DNA of 64,000 bases, taken from the human T2T-CHM13v2.0 reference genome, Homo sapiens. Below the pieces are notes generated by a model. It saw only the letters and a list, made by a program, of their open reading frames with translations, did not search any database and was not told where the DNA came from. This document shows, piece by piece, positions 1 through 16,893 of the stretch (its first letter is position 1; each line of letters begins with the position of its first letter). A program made the position numbers and the translations under genes. The DNA is taken from NCBI RefSeq assembly GCF_009914755.1, contig NC_060936.1. One strand, given 5' to 3'.

Positions 1-54
1 AACCTTTATCAGCATGCCCCATGCTAATCACATTAAAAACTGTCTTCTTCAGTG

Positions 55-275
55 TAATAATAATGACAGTTAATATTCATTGGGCACTTTCTGCTGAATG
101 AAAATATGTCAGTGATTTTCCTAGTATTATCTCATATAATGCTCCAAAAAAACTTTCCAGTGTAGGTACTGTTATTAGCTCTATTTTGTAGAAGAAGAAA
201 CTGAGGTAGCGAGGCTTAGTCCAACAAAGGGCTAAGGGTAGAGAGTCCTAATTCAAAACCATATACAGTCCTACT
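55..275 (-). mobile_element. MIR SINE fragment
   Basis: 'gtactgttattagctctattttgtagaagaagaaactgaggtagcgagg' is the reverse complement of the MIR core. Confidence 0.7.
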
Positions 276-1274
276 TCTGGATTCTTTCCCTTTCACTAAT
301 AGGACATGAATACAAACTCACTTGGCAGAGGCAATGAATTCGTGCAGAAACAAGTCTTGTTGCTGTAACCCTGCAGCCCTTTCCCATGCTCTTTGGCCTC
401 CTGGCTCTCTGTAATTCTAATTCTTTGTTTGAGCTTTTAATTCCCCACAGCATACTCTCCCTGCTTGTTTTCTAGATTCCCTACTGCCCTGGTTATTCTT
501 CTAGTTGCTGGGCTAGTTACCATTATGATCTTCAATCCCTGCTCAATGCACAGAGCTTTGTCTGATTACTTACTCTCAGCTTTGATTAGTGACTTCTGTC
601 AGATTCTTCAGGTAGAAGAAATCTTTGGAGCAGGAAGGGATGGATCCAGTTCAAGGTCAGGATGTGTGTCAAACTCTCGTCAAGGAATAAAGGGACAAGG
701 CAGACGGACAAAATAAGAGAGAGGCTAGGACAGGAGGTTGGCAAACACTCAGGTAGAATCCATAATGAGAGTCAGCAGAGTGAGTGGTAAGTGTAAACTT
801 AGCCGGAAAGCCCACATAGCAAGAAAGCATTTTGAGCCCTGCCGCATGCTGGGCTGTAGAACTAGCAGGAAGAGAAAGCAGGGTTGATAGGGCAGCCTCC
901 AAGTAGCTCCTGAAATGCCCTGCAAGACACAAGCTCTCCTACCATACATTGAGGAACTGAGGGCTTCTGGCCCTGGGGCCAGCTTTGCCTGGGTTGACAG
1001 GGATCGCCAGAAGGCCCTACAAAATGTGGCTTCATAGTCTTTTTGCAGTCTGCCAGTCTCCCAGATTATTTTGGACTCCCTCTCTCTTTTTAATAAGTGG
1101 GAGAAAAAAAGAAAGATGGAAGATGACAATAAAAACCATATGGAGGCCTCTTCTCTGGCTGAAATCCTTTGATCTTTTCTCCAAACACGAGAAAGTACCC
1201 CTCCCACTCTGAAGTGTTTTCCAGCCTCTAGAAGAACAAATGTCTCAGGTAAATTTAATGCCATGGTTCACTAC

Positions 1275-1560
1275 TTCATTCATTTGTTCAAATACTAACT
1301 GAGCACTCACTACACGCCAGGATCTATGCCAGGAACTGAGGGTACCAGGAAAAATTCCCAGTCATAGCCTGTACTGAATCCACAGTCTAGGGAAGGGAGA
1401 TAATTACAAGATGGTGATACTATGCACAAGAATTTAGGGAGCTTTAAGAGGGGACACTTAAGGCAAGAGTGAGAGGGAGGGGAAAAAAGTGGTAGATGCT
1501 CTACAAGGCTCCCTGGAGGAGATGATACAGATATTGAGAGCTGAGCCATTCCTAGTTTTC
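1275..1560 (-). mobile_element. L2 LINE 3' fragment
   Basis: 'cattcatttgttcaaatactaactgagcactcactacacgccagg...' matches the reverse L2 3' tail. Confidence 0.65.
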
Positions 1561-3398
1561 TTACCAACTCAAATGCTTCCTTTCATAGAGCTTGGAGACT
1601 CTAATATCTCAACTTCTGCCAGGATTGTTTTCTGGAAGCCCTTATGTGTATCTACTTAAAAAAAAACAAGACAAACCACCAAACAATATAATTTAAACAG
1701 AAAGAAGACTCAACAGGTTTTGAAACATAGATTTAGAGTGGTTTCATAAGAGTAATCAACATAGAGAACTTGTGATCCAAGGAATTGGAATGTCTTCAAG
1801 AGTCAATATGCTCAAGTATGAATGGGTAAATTAACAGCTTTAGGGAAATTGGGTGTGTTCATTCATTTATTCATTTTTTTTTCAGTCAATAAATAAACAT
1901 GCTCTTTTCCAGGCATAGTACTAGACACTGAGGATTCAGAAATGAAAAAATTTGTTTAGCAGGTTGACCATAAACATTTGTTGATCCATAGCTTGCTTTT
2001 ATGGAAGATATTTACCTTATGCCACAATGGTCCCTTAGCATTATTGTCAAAATCAGTCCTATTTTTCTAGGTTGTTCTAACCCAGTATGATTCTTCTTGG
2101 TTATTACTAAAATACTGCATACTAACAGAAGGACCTTGGCATGTAGACATCTATTTTCTAAATGTTTGTGAAGAAGCAGTAGAAATAAATAAGATCTGAT
2201 GGACAAAGGGCAAATTTGCAAATGTTGCTGCTGCTTAGTAACCTTATATAACACAGGATTTACTATATTTTTGGGCACATAAAATGATCACTTTTTTAAA
2301 TGTTTTAACTAAGTTCTGGAAATCTTCAAATAAGTCTGTTTTACAGAAATAGATACACTTTTCTGAAAATATGTTCTACCTTTCAATTTAAAAGAGTATA
2401 TCCATTTCATTGTTTGACTTAGGAAGCTGTGCTGCCAGTTTTATAAGATTATGAGTCTGGTCTTGATGCTGTATGCTAATCCACTCTACATCAGGCTGGA
2501 AGCTTATCTTGACAGGAAAACTTGGAGCAGACCTCGTGGAATGATTTTGGCATCACACACTGGAGTGGAAAATATTCGCAGGCTGCAACAAAGTCTGACT
2601 TGGGCTGCTGTAGGAAAGGCAGCAACTGGCTGGGAGACAATTAGTGTAGGAAAGTCCTGGGCTCCTCTCTGAGAGGCCTGGAGGACGGTACTATACACTG
2701 AGAGGGGGAAGTACCACGGAATCATGTGTGTTTTCATGAGAATTGAGAGGAATGGTAGCTACGCATGCCAAGTTAGAAAAAGAACACTACCACTGAGTGC
2801 TTCCATCGTGGTCTTTCCGATCCAAAACCCTTCATGTGCAAAAATAAGGTGCCAACTGAAGAAAGAATACTTCAGGGGTTTTAGAAGACAAAGGCTAGAA
2901 AAACCCTCAGGCACAGGTGTAACTAACTGCTTGTTGCGAGTATGTCAAATCCCAAACAGGACGTGAAATGACCCCTCCACTTGTTTTGGAAAGGTTTGGA
3001 GTCTATGATTCTGGCAAAAATATAAGTGCTTTTTTCTACGAATGGGCTAGTTTGGTTAGAAATTTTCGCTTTTTTGTAGGGGCAGGGCACTCAGATTTGC
3101 CTTTAATATACTTGCAAGCTCTTTGAAAACTGTCATGGACAAATTTGGCAATGCAGATTTCTAGGACTAAAGACAATGGTGGTATACCTATTTTGACTCA
3201 AAGAAAATAAAAATGCCAGAGATTTTGTGACAGCCTCTCGTGTTGCTATCCCTGGGAAAAATGGAGAACTGGATACTACTCACTAGACCCAGAAGCCTAG
3301 GGTAAGAGTGAAATCTGATTAAGGCGAAGTGGAGAATATGATTTCACACTTTCCACCTTCCCCAAAAAGAGAAACTGTATAATAAAAGAATGTTTGTG

Positions 3399-3999
<601 letters not shown>

Positions 4000-5650
4000 T
4001 CAGGTAGACCCCACAGAGATTGGTCCCATGGGTGAGTCATGGAATGTGCAAAATTCAAGGAGGCTGGAGAAATTCTCTCCACCACATAACTTAAGGGAAG
4101 ATAAACTGCTTCCTGTGCAGGAGTATGGGAAGAGGAGCTATAGTTAGTTACCTTGCCTTCCAATTTATGGGACAGGGGATGCATGATCCAGAAAGGGTTG
4201 AAATATAATGCAGCTGTCAATTCCTTAAGAGCAAAGAGCATGCTTTAGTCTCCATGTCTAGTATGTGCCTGGCACAGAGTAAGTGGTTTTTGTTAAATTG
4301 AACTAGGTTAACTTTCTGGGCTCCACTGGGAGTGTCAAATATTGAAATGAGCACCACACTTTGAAACCAAGAAGGGCAGAAACTATGTGAGCATTGACCA
4401 TTTCCAAGGAGGAAAGCAAAGGGCCCAGTGGGATAACTGGAGCTAAAAGGCACTCCTGAGATGTTGGTGGTCCATGCTGGCAAACAGGGACAGTGGCTTC
4501 CCAATAGGGCACTTTCAGGGCAGCCTAAGTGGGAGGAGCTGAAATCTGGGGATTGCCTGGACAGGTAGCACAGGAATGGCCAGCAGCATGTGCTGAAAAT
4601 GCTTATTAGTGCATTCATACTAACAGCTCCAGTACTGGGCTAAGTTACCATTCAGAGGCAGCTCAGGCCAGCTCTAAGCTCTGCCTTTAAGCCTTCATCG
4701 GATACCACAGACACTTTATAAAACTATGTCAGCATAAGAATTACTTCACATTTTCCCTTCAACGTCATTCTCAGATCCCAATTCTGTCATTGTCCTGTAT
4801 TCTATCCGGAAGAGTCATGTCTGCACTCTTTTTATAGACCTGGTTCCTTTCAGTGGAGAGTTGGACAGATCACAACATGTGAGTTGAATTTCTACAAAGA
4901 ACTTTGTCTTCTTATCCCTGTGGTCAATATAAATAATAGATTCATGTGCATTAATACACCCAGTATGTGTTTCCTGGCTAGACCTCAGTTTCTACTTATA
5001 TTAAGACCTCCTTTCTCCAGGAGAGATTGATTGGACAAATTGGTTGGAGCCATTCTAAGATGGGTAACTTAGAAAAGCAGATTTTTAGGGGAACTGGGGA
5101 GTCTGTATCTCTCTTCAACCATGGTACAGATACATTTATTTCATTTATTTTATTCTTGTAGGTCTGTCGTTGGTCCTTGGAAATTGGTGTTATTATTTAG
5201 TTTTGCTTTGTTTATTATTATTTTTAACTATGAAAGTTTCAGGGATGGTCTTTTTTCTTTTACTGCTTAAGGCAATTCCATCTCCTTCCCCTTCAACTCC
5301 TCCTCCTCTCACTTTTCTGAAAGCGATTTATCTCTTACTAAGAAAATTCAAGTATAAGAAGGGGAATTCATTTCAGCCTAGTGTAGCCTGAGGGCATAGC
5401 TTAGAAATAGAAAGCGATATAACCATAAAAAATAACCAAGAAAGTTAGGTTTCTTGGTTATTTGCTGTATAAGTGATTTGCTGTAATGGGATGCTTTGAG
5501 AGCTGTTTTCATTTTCTATTGATGCTGTGACAAATCATCAAGAATGTAGTAGTTTTCTTACATTTATGAAGGTCAGAAGTGCTAAAATGAAGGTGTCGGC
5601 AGGTCTGCATTCCTTCTAGATGGAAGCTGAAAAGAAGAATCCATTTCTTT

Positions 5651-7243
<1,593 letters not shown>

Positions 7244-7357
7244 AGAAGAATCTATTTCTTTGTAGTTTCTAGCTTCTAGAGGCCATCAGTATTCTTCAGC
7301 TTTGGCAAGCAGTGTAGCATCTTCAAATCTAAATCTCTCTCTCTCTCTATCTCTCGC

Positions 7358-7388
<31 letters not shown>

Positions 7389-7602
7389 GAACTTGCCTCA
7401 TCATCATATCTCCTCCTATGACTCCAACTCTCTTGCTTCCCTCTTTTCCTTATAAGGACTCTTATGATTACATTGGGCCCACGCAGATAATTCAAGATAA
7501 TCTCCCAATCTCAAGATCCTTAAATTAGTCATATCTGTAAAGTCTCTTCTGCCATGCAAGATAGCATATTCACAGGTTCTTGAGATTGAAATATGGGCAT
7601 CT

Positions 7603-7969
7603 CTCCTAGTCCATTTGGGCTGCTATAACAAAATACCTGAGACTGGATAATTTATAAACAACAGAAATTTATTGCCTACAGTTCTGAAGGCTGGGAAGGC
7701 CAAGATCAAGGTGCCAGCAGATTTGGTGGCTGGTGAGGACTCTTTGCTTTGTAGATGTTGCCTTTTTGCTGCATCCTGACATGGTGAAGGGCAAAAGGGG
7801 CAAACACATTTCCTCAGACTTATTTGACAGGTGCATTAATTCCATTCACGAGGGCTCCACCCTCATGACCTAGTCATCTCCCAAAGAGGTGGGGTACCTC
7901 TTAATACCAACATATTGGAGATTCAATGTCAACATGTGAATTTTGGAGGGACATAAATATTCAGACCAT
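7603..7969 (-). mobile_element. MLT1A/MSTD-type LTR nested in the MLT1
   Basis: 'ctagtccatttgggctgctataacaaaatacctgagactgg...gaattttggagggacataaatattcagaccat'. Confidence 0.8.
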
Positions 7970-8428
7970 CTTTGGGTCAAGGGGGATCATTATTCCGTCT
8001 ACCACAGGGCTCTTTTTGTTACTTAATTTCTTTGGACTTCTATTATACCATTGATTCATATTATAATGTGGATCCTAGAATTCTAAAGAGATTCAGTTAA
8101 TATTTGATCCCATTTTTACCAATTAGATTCGATTCACATTTTACTGAGCCCATATACAAAACAGTGTTTTAAATGTCAAATAACTGTAATAGTGAACCAA
8201 CCATGTATGTATGAGTGGTTTCTTGATTTTTCCTTTCAGGTAATATTGACAATCATTTCCTTTAACTGTCAGAATTAGTGCATTAATCCTGTTAGGAGCC
8301 TGAAAAATATTAGAAACCATCAGTTAATTGTTAAGACCTTAATGTGGTGAGGTCTCTGAAACTGATAAAAGTAAAATGATTTACATCAATTAAAATGTTG
8401 CAATATTTTAAAGATAAATGTCAAGAAC

Positions 8429-8862
8429 TGTGAAGGGTGTAAGATTTTACTGTACTTGCAAGTTAAGATGTTAACTTGCTACAGTTTCGTGGATGCTGGT
8501 TGAAGACATGGGACTCCTGGGTCAGAGACATAGGACAGTTTATTACTTACTGCAATGGCTGTAAGTGGCCAGAGTATCAGCATTTTTACACTGATTCCCA
8601 GTTTCCACAGGGTAATGTAAAGAGGGTCAGATGATATCTGAACAATTAATGGGTTGTGTTACATGAGAGGAATGTTGGATGTAGGGAAACTAAATCTTTT
8701 ATAAGATTCTGCTCTTCACTCTAGAGGGAGACATTCTCTCTCTTCTAAGGCTACTTAATATACACACTTCCTTAAAAAATAGTCTGGAACTAACAGAAGT
8801 CAGCTCTTTGCTTATAAGGCATGCCAAAACATGAGGGAACCATGGAGAATTGTTTCCCAACA
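8429..8862 (-). mobile_element. ERVL solo LTR, LTR40-like
   Basis: Reverse complement begins TGTTGGGAAACAATTCTCCATGG and ends CA; resembles the recalled LTR40 consensus. Confidence 0.65.
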
Positions 8863-8985
8863 ATACATAGGCCAATTTTTATTCTTAAAAAACCCAACAT
8901 TTTAGGCAAATATTCCTTGTAAGCCTCAAATTGATTATGTCTTGAATTAAAATCTGATTTTACCTCAACCAAACTCCCTCTCCTT

Positions 8986-9331
8986 TGTTTTCTTTCTTTT
9001 CTTTTTTGTTTATTTTAATTTATATTTATTTATTTATTTTTTTGAGAGAGAGAGGGTCTTGCTCTGTTGCCCAGGCTGGAATGCAGTGGAGTGATCATGA
9101 GTCATTGCAGCCTTGACCTCTTGGGCTGAAGCAGTCCTACCCTCTCAGCCTCCCAAGTAGCTAGGACCACAGGCACATGCCACCACATCCAGCTATGTTT
9201 TTAATTTTTTCGGAGAGAAGGAGGTCTCACTGTGTTGCCCAGGCTGATCTTGAACTGCTGGACTCAAGTGATACTCCTGCCTCAGTCTCCTAAATCTCTA
9301 GGATTATAGGTGTAAACCACTGTGCCTGGCT
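8986..9331 (-). mobile_element. AluJ
   Basis: Diverged dimeric Alu with J-type 'gcagccttgacctcttgggctgaagcagtcct'; T-rich tail. Confidence 0.9.
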
Positions 9332-9420
9332 GATATCAACTATTTACATTATACATAAAAAAGATTTTAAAAATAGTTTTACTTTATGAGCTCATTGTAG
9401 TGCTAGAGCATAGTGCTTTT

Positions 9421-11803
9421 TTAAAAAAATTTATTTTGGTTACATGAATAAGTTCTTCAGTGGTGATTTCTGAGGTTTTGGTGCACATATCACCTGAGCA
9501 GTGTACACAGTATCCAGTCTGTAGTCTTTTATCCCTCACTCCCTTCCCACCCTTTCCCCTGAGTCCCGAAAGTCCATTGTATCATTCTTATGCCTTTGCA
9601 TCTTCATAGCTTAGCTCCAACTTATGAGGGAGAACATACGATATTTTGTCTTCCATTCCTGAATTACTTCACTTAGAATAATGGTCTCCAATTACATCCA
9701 GGTTGCTGCAAATGCCGTTATTTTGTTCTTTTTTATGGCTGAGTAGTATTCCATTATATATATAGTAGTATATAATGTATACCACTATACATTATAGTAT
9801 ATAGTATATAATGTATACTACTATATATTATAGTATATAGTATATAGTAGTATTCTATTATATGTAATATATAATAGATATATAATAGATATATAATATA
9901 TTCATATATATGATAGATATATAATATATTCATATATATGATAGATATATAATATATTCATATATATGATAGATATATAATATATTCATATATATGATAG
10001 ATATCTAATATATTCATATATATAATAGATATATATACATATATAATAGATATATAATATATTCATATATATAATAGATATATAATATATTCATATATAT
10101 AATAGATATATAATATATTCATATATATAATAGATATATAATATATTCATATATAATAGATATATAATATATTCATATATATAATAGATATATAATATAT
10201 TCATATATAATATATAATATATTCATATATATAATAGATATATAATATATTCATATAATGGATATATAATATATTCATATATATAATGGATATATAATAT
10301 ATTCATATATATAATGGATATATAATATATTCATATATATAATGGACATATAATATATTCACACATATATATGTGTGTGTGTGTGTATATATATATGTGT
10401 ATATATATATATATGTATATATATATGACTTTCTTTATCCACTTGTTGACTGATGGGCATTTGGGCTGGTTTCATATTTTTGCAATTACAAATTGTATTG
10501 CGATAAACGTGTATCCAAGTATCTTTTTTTGTATAATGACTTTTTTTTCCTCTGGGTCAATACCCAGGAGTAGGATTGCTGGATCAAAGCAGAGGTGTCC
10601 TTTTAGTTCTTAAAGGAATCTCCACACTGTTTTCCATAGTGGTTGTACTAGTTTACATTTCCACCAACAGTGTAAAAGTATTCCATTTTCACTACATCTA
10701 TGCCAATATCTATTATTTTTTGATTTCTTGATTATGACCATTCTTGCAGGAGTAAAGTGATACTGCATTGTGGTTTTGTATTGCATTTCCCTGATCATTA
10801 GTGATGGTGAACATTTTTTCATATATTTGTTGGCCATTTGTATATCTTCTTTTGAGAATTATCTATTCATGTCCTTAACCCACTTTCTGATGGGATTTTT
10901 TTTTCTTGCTGATTTGTTTGAGTTCCTTGTAGATTCTGGATATCAGTCCTTTGTCAGACATACAGATTATGAAGATTTTCTATCACTCTGTGGGTTGTCT
11001 GTTTACTCTGCTCATTATTTCTTTTGCTGTGCAGAAGTTTTTTAGTTTAATTAAGTCCCATCTATTTATTTTTGTTTTTGTTGCATTTGTTTTTGGGTTC
11101 TTGGTAATGAAGTTTTTGCCTAAGCCAATGTCTAAAAATAGCCAATGTCCTAAAATACTTAGGAATATACTTAACGAAGGAGGTGAAAGACCTCCACAAA
11201 AGAAAACTACAAAACACTGCTGAAAGAAATCATAGATAGAACAAACAAATGGAAACACATCCCCTGCTCGTGGATGGGTGGAATCAACATTGTGAAAATG
11301 ACCATACTGCCAAAGGAAATCTACAAATTCAATGCAATTCACATCAAAATAACACCATCATTCTTCATAGAACTAGATAAAAAATCCTAAAATTCATATG
11401 GAACAAAAAAATAGCCCACATAGTCAAAGCAAGCCTAAGCAAAAGGAACAAATCTGGAAGCATCACATTACCTGACCTCAAACTATACTATAAGGCCATA
11501 GTCACCAAAACAGCATGATACTGGTATAAAAATAGGCATATAGACCAATGGAACAGAACAGAGAACCCAGAAATAAAGCCAAATACTTAACAGTCAACTC
11601 ATCTTTGACAAAGCAAACAAAAACATAAAGTGGGGAAAGGACACTCTATTCAGCAAATGGTGCTGGGATAATTGGCAAGCCACATGTAGAAGAATGAAAC
11701 TAGATCCTTTTCTGTCACCTTACACAAAAATCAACTCAAGATTGATCAAGGACTTAAATCTAAGACCTGAAACCATAAAAAATCTAGAAGATAACTTGGA
11801 ATG
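9421..11803 (-). mobile_element. L1PB-like, 5'-truncated with 5' inversion (9421-~11135 minus; 11151-11803 plus)
   Basis: L1PB 3'UTR (ggttacatgaataagttcttcagtggtgatttctgag); ORF2 peptides in ORFs 10610-10837 and 10983-11342; TSD atagtgctttt at 9410-9420 and 11804-11814. Confidence 0.92.
9755..10427. repeat. AT-rich minisatellite (28-bp unit TAGATATATAATATATTCATATATATAA, roughly 17 copies at ~9872-10360) with (TA)/(TG) flanks
   Basis: Tandem units read directly. Confidence 0.95.
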
Positions 11804-12239
11804 ATAGTGCTTTTGTAAACTGCCCTGTTTAGCATAATAAAGCTTGTCAATCCTTTGTGAAACCCTCAGATTTAAAAATATTTCACTGGCCCAAATGAAA
11901 ATTTCTGGGACCCTCAGAAAGTATTCCTATCACCTCTTAATTGGGATGTCCCCCTCTAGGTGCTTGTACTTTAAAGATATTTTCTGCAATCTTTTCCAAG
12001 AGTATTTCTGTGATACTCCTTAAAGATTGGGGGGAGACCTTTTCACACAGTGACTTTTGCAGGCTTGGGTAACTGTTGTCTTGAAGTACACAGTAAATTC
12101 TTCATTTGCTGACCTGAACTTAAACCCTACATCATATCTGAACTTATAAATGCGCATGCCTCTCTTTCTTCCCAAACCAGGTAGAATTGTTCTCCTCACC
12201 CATCCCTCAACCCCTCCATGTCCCCCACAAATAAGAGTA

Positions 12240-12390
12240 GTGCACTTACAGAATATGTTCTTATCATTCCATATAGAATGGCATTAAACTATTTTCCCCA
12301 CTGAATTATAAGCTTGGGGACAAGGACTATCTCATTTATGAGTGGACCTAGTATACAGCAGATGTTCAGCAAATGTGGGTTAGATGTATC
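12240..12390 (+). mobile_element. L2 3' fragment
   Basis: 'ccccactgaattataagcttggggacaaggactatctc...cagatgttcagcaaatgt'. Confidence 0.5.
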
Positions 12391-13917
12391 TTTTTTCTAT
12401 TTTCTCTATATGGTTGAATCATGGCACCAATCATTTACTTTCCTTTAAAAGAAGGGACTTTGTTTTGTTTGCTTTTGTGACCATAGAGCTTCCTTGTGCA
12501 AAATTAGAGCATAATGGGCTTAATACAAGTTTGTGGATTGTATAAAAGAAGGAAAGAAAGCAGAGAGTTTTTTTTTTTCAGAACCTGAACCTGAAGTTTT
12601 TTACTCTAGCTTGGTGTCTAAGACGAAACTCCAGGAGGTATAGTTATTTATGGGCTGCAGGACATCAAGAATCCTCTTACTTGCTGTAATTTCCGCAATC
12701 TCAATTCAAAGTACAAACTCTACTTCTAACTCTTTTATTTCTTCTGTTTTGTAAAAATGTAAAAAAATCTGGAAAACCACAGTGAGATCAGCTAAAATGT
12801 GATCAAACTTTTAACCATTTATGCCTTAGTGAAACTACAACCACCCCTCCCCACCCACCCAGTTCTTTGCACACACCATAACATGTAATTGTTCTCATAT
12901 TTTCCCATTCTCAGTGGAGGCATGGAGAAACATGAGCTCCCTTTCTGAATCCAAGCATGACCCAGCTGTTATCATATCCAGAAGAGTCAGATAGTGAGGG
13001 AGCTCTAAGGTCACAAAATACATAGAACAATTTTTAAGTTATTGTTCACATGTTTCCTTTAATACAGCCTCTATATAAGTGATGAACTAATTAATGCCAG
13101 AACCAGGATCATGGAATAAGAATGAAGACCATGGCTGAGGTGATTACATAGGCAACTCAAAGTAAGAAAGTAATTCAGTCCAGTCCAATCCAGCATTTAT
13201 TGTGTGATTATATGTCAGACATTGTGATAAGCCCTTTGGAAATATAATCATGATTAGGATATAATCATTAACTTCAAGGGGCTTATAAATTCTAGTTGGA
13301 GATACAGACAGATGAATGACTAGCTATAATAATGAACAGAACAAAAATATAATAAATAGACATATAAATAAAGTATTTTGGAAGCACTGAGGAAGAAAAT
13401 CTATTTTGATTAGTGGTATCAGAATACTGTTCTCAGTACTGATATCAGGATTCTAATATCAAATATAACCGTAACAAAGGAGGTAGTATTTAAATAGGGG
13501 TTTGAAAGATGAACAGAAGTTCTGTAAATGGGGAATATGGGAAAGGTGCAGTGCAGGTGGAGGGAATTACTTGAGGAAAAGTGTGAAGACATGGCAGGGC
13601 ACAGCAAATAAAAAGCTCTCACTGGTCTGTTGTGGTTGAATCATTTGATGTGGAGAGGAGCATGAGGCTGAAAAAATAGAGATGAAGCCAGATTTATTTA
13701 ATAAGTATTTATTGAACAATCATTGTATTCCATTGTTTTCTTCCATGGAAAGTAGTTTTCTATAAGTTAAGTAAAAAATCAGGCTACTAAGCACTATGAA
13801 TAGTGATGTCATTTGGCAAACATCCTTGCCTCCATAGAGTTTTTCTTCTAGCTTGGGGATGGGGATGGCAGGACTGCCACAAAAGAAATAAATGAGCTAT
13901 AAAGTTATGTTATGGAG

Positions 13918-14721
13918 TGTACTAGGCCATTCTTTTGTTGCTATAAAGAAATGCCTGAGGCTGGGTGAAATGGTTTGGCTCTGTGGCCTCACTCAAATCT
14001 CATCTCGAATTGTAATCCTCACATGTTGAGGGAGGGACCTGTAATCCCCACATGTGGAGGGAGGGAGCTGATTGGATCATGGCGGCAGTTTCCCCATGCT
14101 GTTCTAGTGAGTGAGTTCCCATGAAATCTGCTGGTTTTACAGGAGTTTGACAGTTCCTCCTTCACGTGTTTCTCTCTCCTGCCACCTTGTGAAGAAGGTG
14201 CCTGCTTTGCCTTCTGCCATGATTGTAAGTTTCCTGAGGCCTCCCCAGTTGCATGGAACTATGAGTTAATTAAACCTCTTTTCCTTATAAATTACCAAGT
14301 CTCAGGTAGTATCTTTATAGCATTATGAAACCAGACTAATATACTGGGTAATTTATAAAGAAAAGAGTTTGAATTGGCTCATGGTTATGCAGGCTGTATA
14401 AGCATGGCTCCAGCATCTGCTTCTGCTGCTTCTGATGAGGACCTTAGGGAGATTATAATCATGACAGAAGGCCAAGAGGGAGCAGGTGCATCACATGGCA
14501 AGAGCAGGAGCTAAAGAGAGAGGTTGGGGGGAGTGTCATTCTCACACTTTTAAACAACCAGATCTAATGAGAACTCACTCACTATTGCGAGGGCAGCACC
14601 AAGCCATTCATGGGGCATCCACCCCCATGACCAAAACACCTCCCACCAGGCCCTGCCTCTAACATTGGGGATTACATTTCAACATGAGATTAGGAAAGAA
14701 AAAACATTCAGAGTATATCAT
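13918..14721 (-). mobile_element. MST (MSTA/B) solo LTR, split by an inner LTR
   Basis: TG...CA ends; 5-bp TSD tggag at 13913-13917 and 14722-14726. Confidence 0.9.
13966..14343 (+). mobile_element. THE1D/MSTA-type solo LTR nested antisense in the MST
   Basis: tgaaatggtttggctctgtg...gactaatata; 5-bp TSD ctggg at 13961-13965 and 14344-14348. Confidence 0.9.
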
Positions 14722-15499
14722 GGAGCAAAATAAAGCAGGTATTACTTTCAAATAGGGTGGTCCAGGAATGTTTGCTGAGAAAGTAACCTGTGATCAATGA
14801 CTTGATGGGGCTGAGGAAATATTTCTAAGGAAAGAGTGTTCTCACAGAGAGATCAGTGAGTCTAGTGGTTTTTATTATGGCTCCCTTTAAAGAAATAATG
14901 ACCTCTTAATAAAATAAACTCTGGAGACTCTAAGGTTTCACACTGGAGAGAGAATATCTTCTGATTACTGATAGCCCTTTGAAAATTCAGGGACAGCATC
15001 TGGGCCATGGATGATCAGAAGATATTCATTCCAGGATGAATCCTTAGAAGCTACCCATCACCATTGCCCACTAGCCCTCTGAGACCAACTTTAAAAGCTA
15101 CTGGATTTTCCTAAAATACAACTTGAGAATTTTATCATTCTTATCCTCAACAAATTCAATGAATCTCTATTTTTTAAAGGAACAAAATCATGATATAGCA
15201 GGAATTAAGAGTCTCAGGTGCTCAAGATAAGGTCCACCTTCCCCATTCTCTAGATGCCCTTTTATAAGCATGACAAGAGGTCCCAGAAGTTCTGAGTGCT
15301 CCAGGAGTCAACAGAGGGTGCCATGGAGATCTGCGTGTTCTGGCTGAAACTGCCTTGTCATGGGTTCTAAACTGGAAGGGCCCTAAGAGTCTATAGATCA
15401 TGGCAAATCCATGTGCCCTCTTCCTGCCCAACTGGAGTCTCATCACCACCATCAGTCTTGGGACCATAGGACTGATCTAATTTTATTCTTTAATCCTAT

Positions 15500-16893
<1,394 letters not shown>

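Larger units (their letters stand above)
13175..14860 (-). mobile_element. L2 fragments, interrupted by nested MaLR LTRs
   Basis: 'cagcatttattgtgtgattatatgtcagacattgtg', 'ggtttgaaagatgaacagaag'; L2 resumes after TSD tggag at 14722. Confidence 0.65.

Noticed and set aside
620-1010. Possible old LTR-like sequence
   Set aside because: No termini, TSD or family motif that I can support.
749-1264. 171-aa minus-strand ORF
   Set aside because: No recognisable domain, codon bias or splice context; within chance expectation.
9872-10360. Regular ~28-bp repeats as a CRISPR array
   Set aside because: Head-to-tail units without unique spacers, no cas genes, eukaryotic context.
14011-14070. 29-bp tandem duplication inside the THE1-type LTR
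   Set aside because: As I recall, this is a feature of the THE1D consensus rather than locus-specific.
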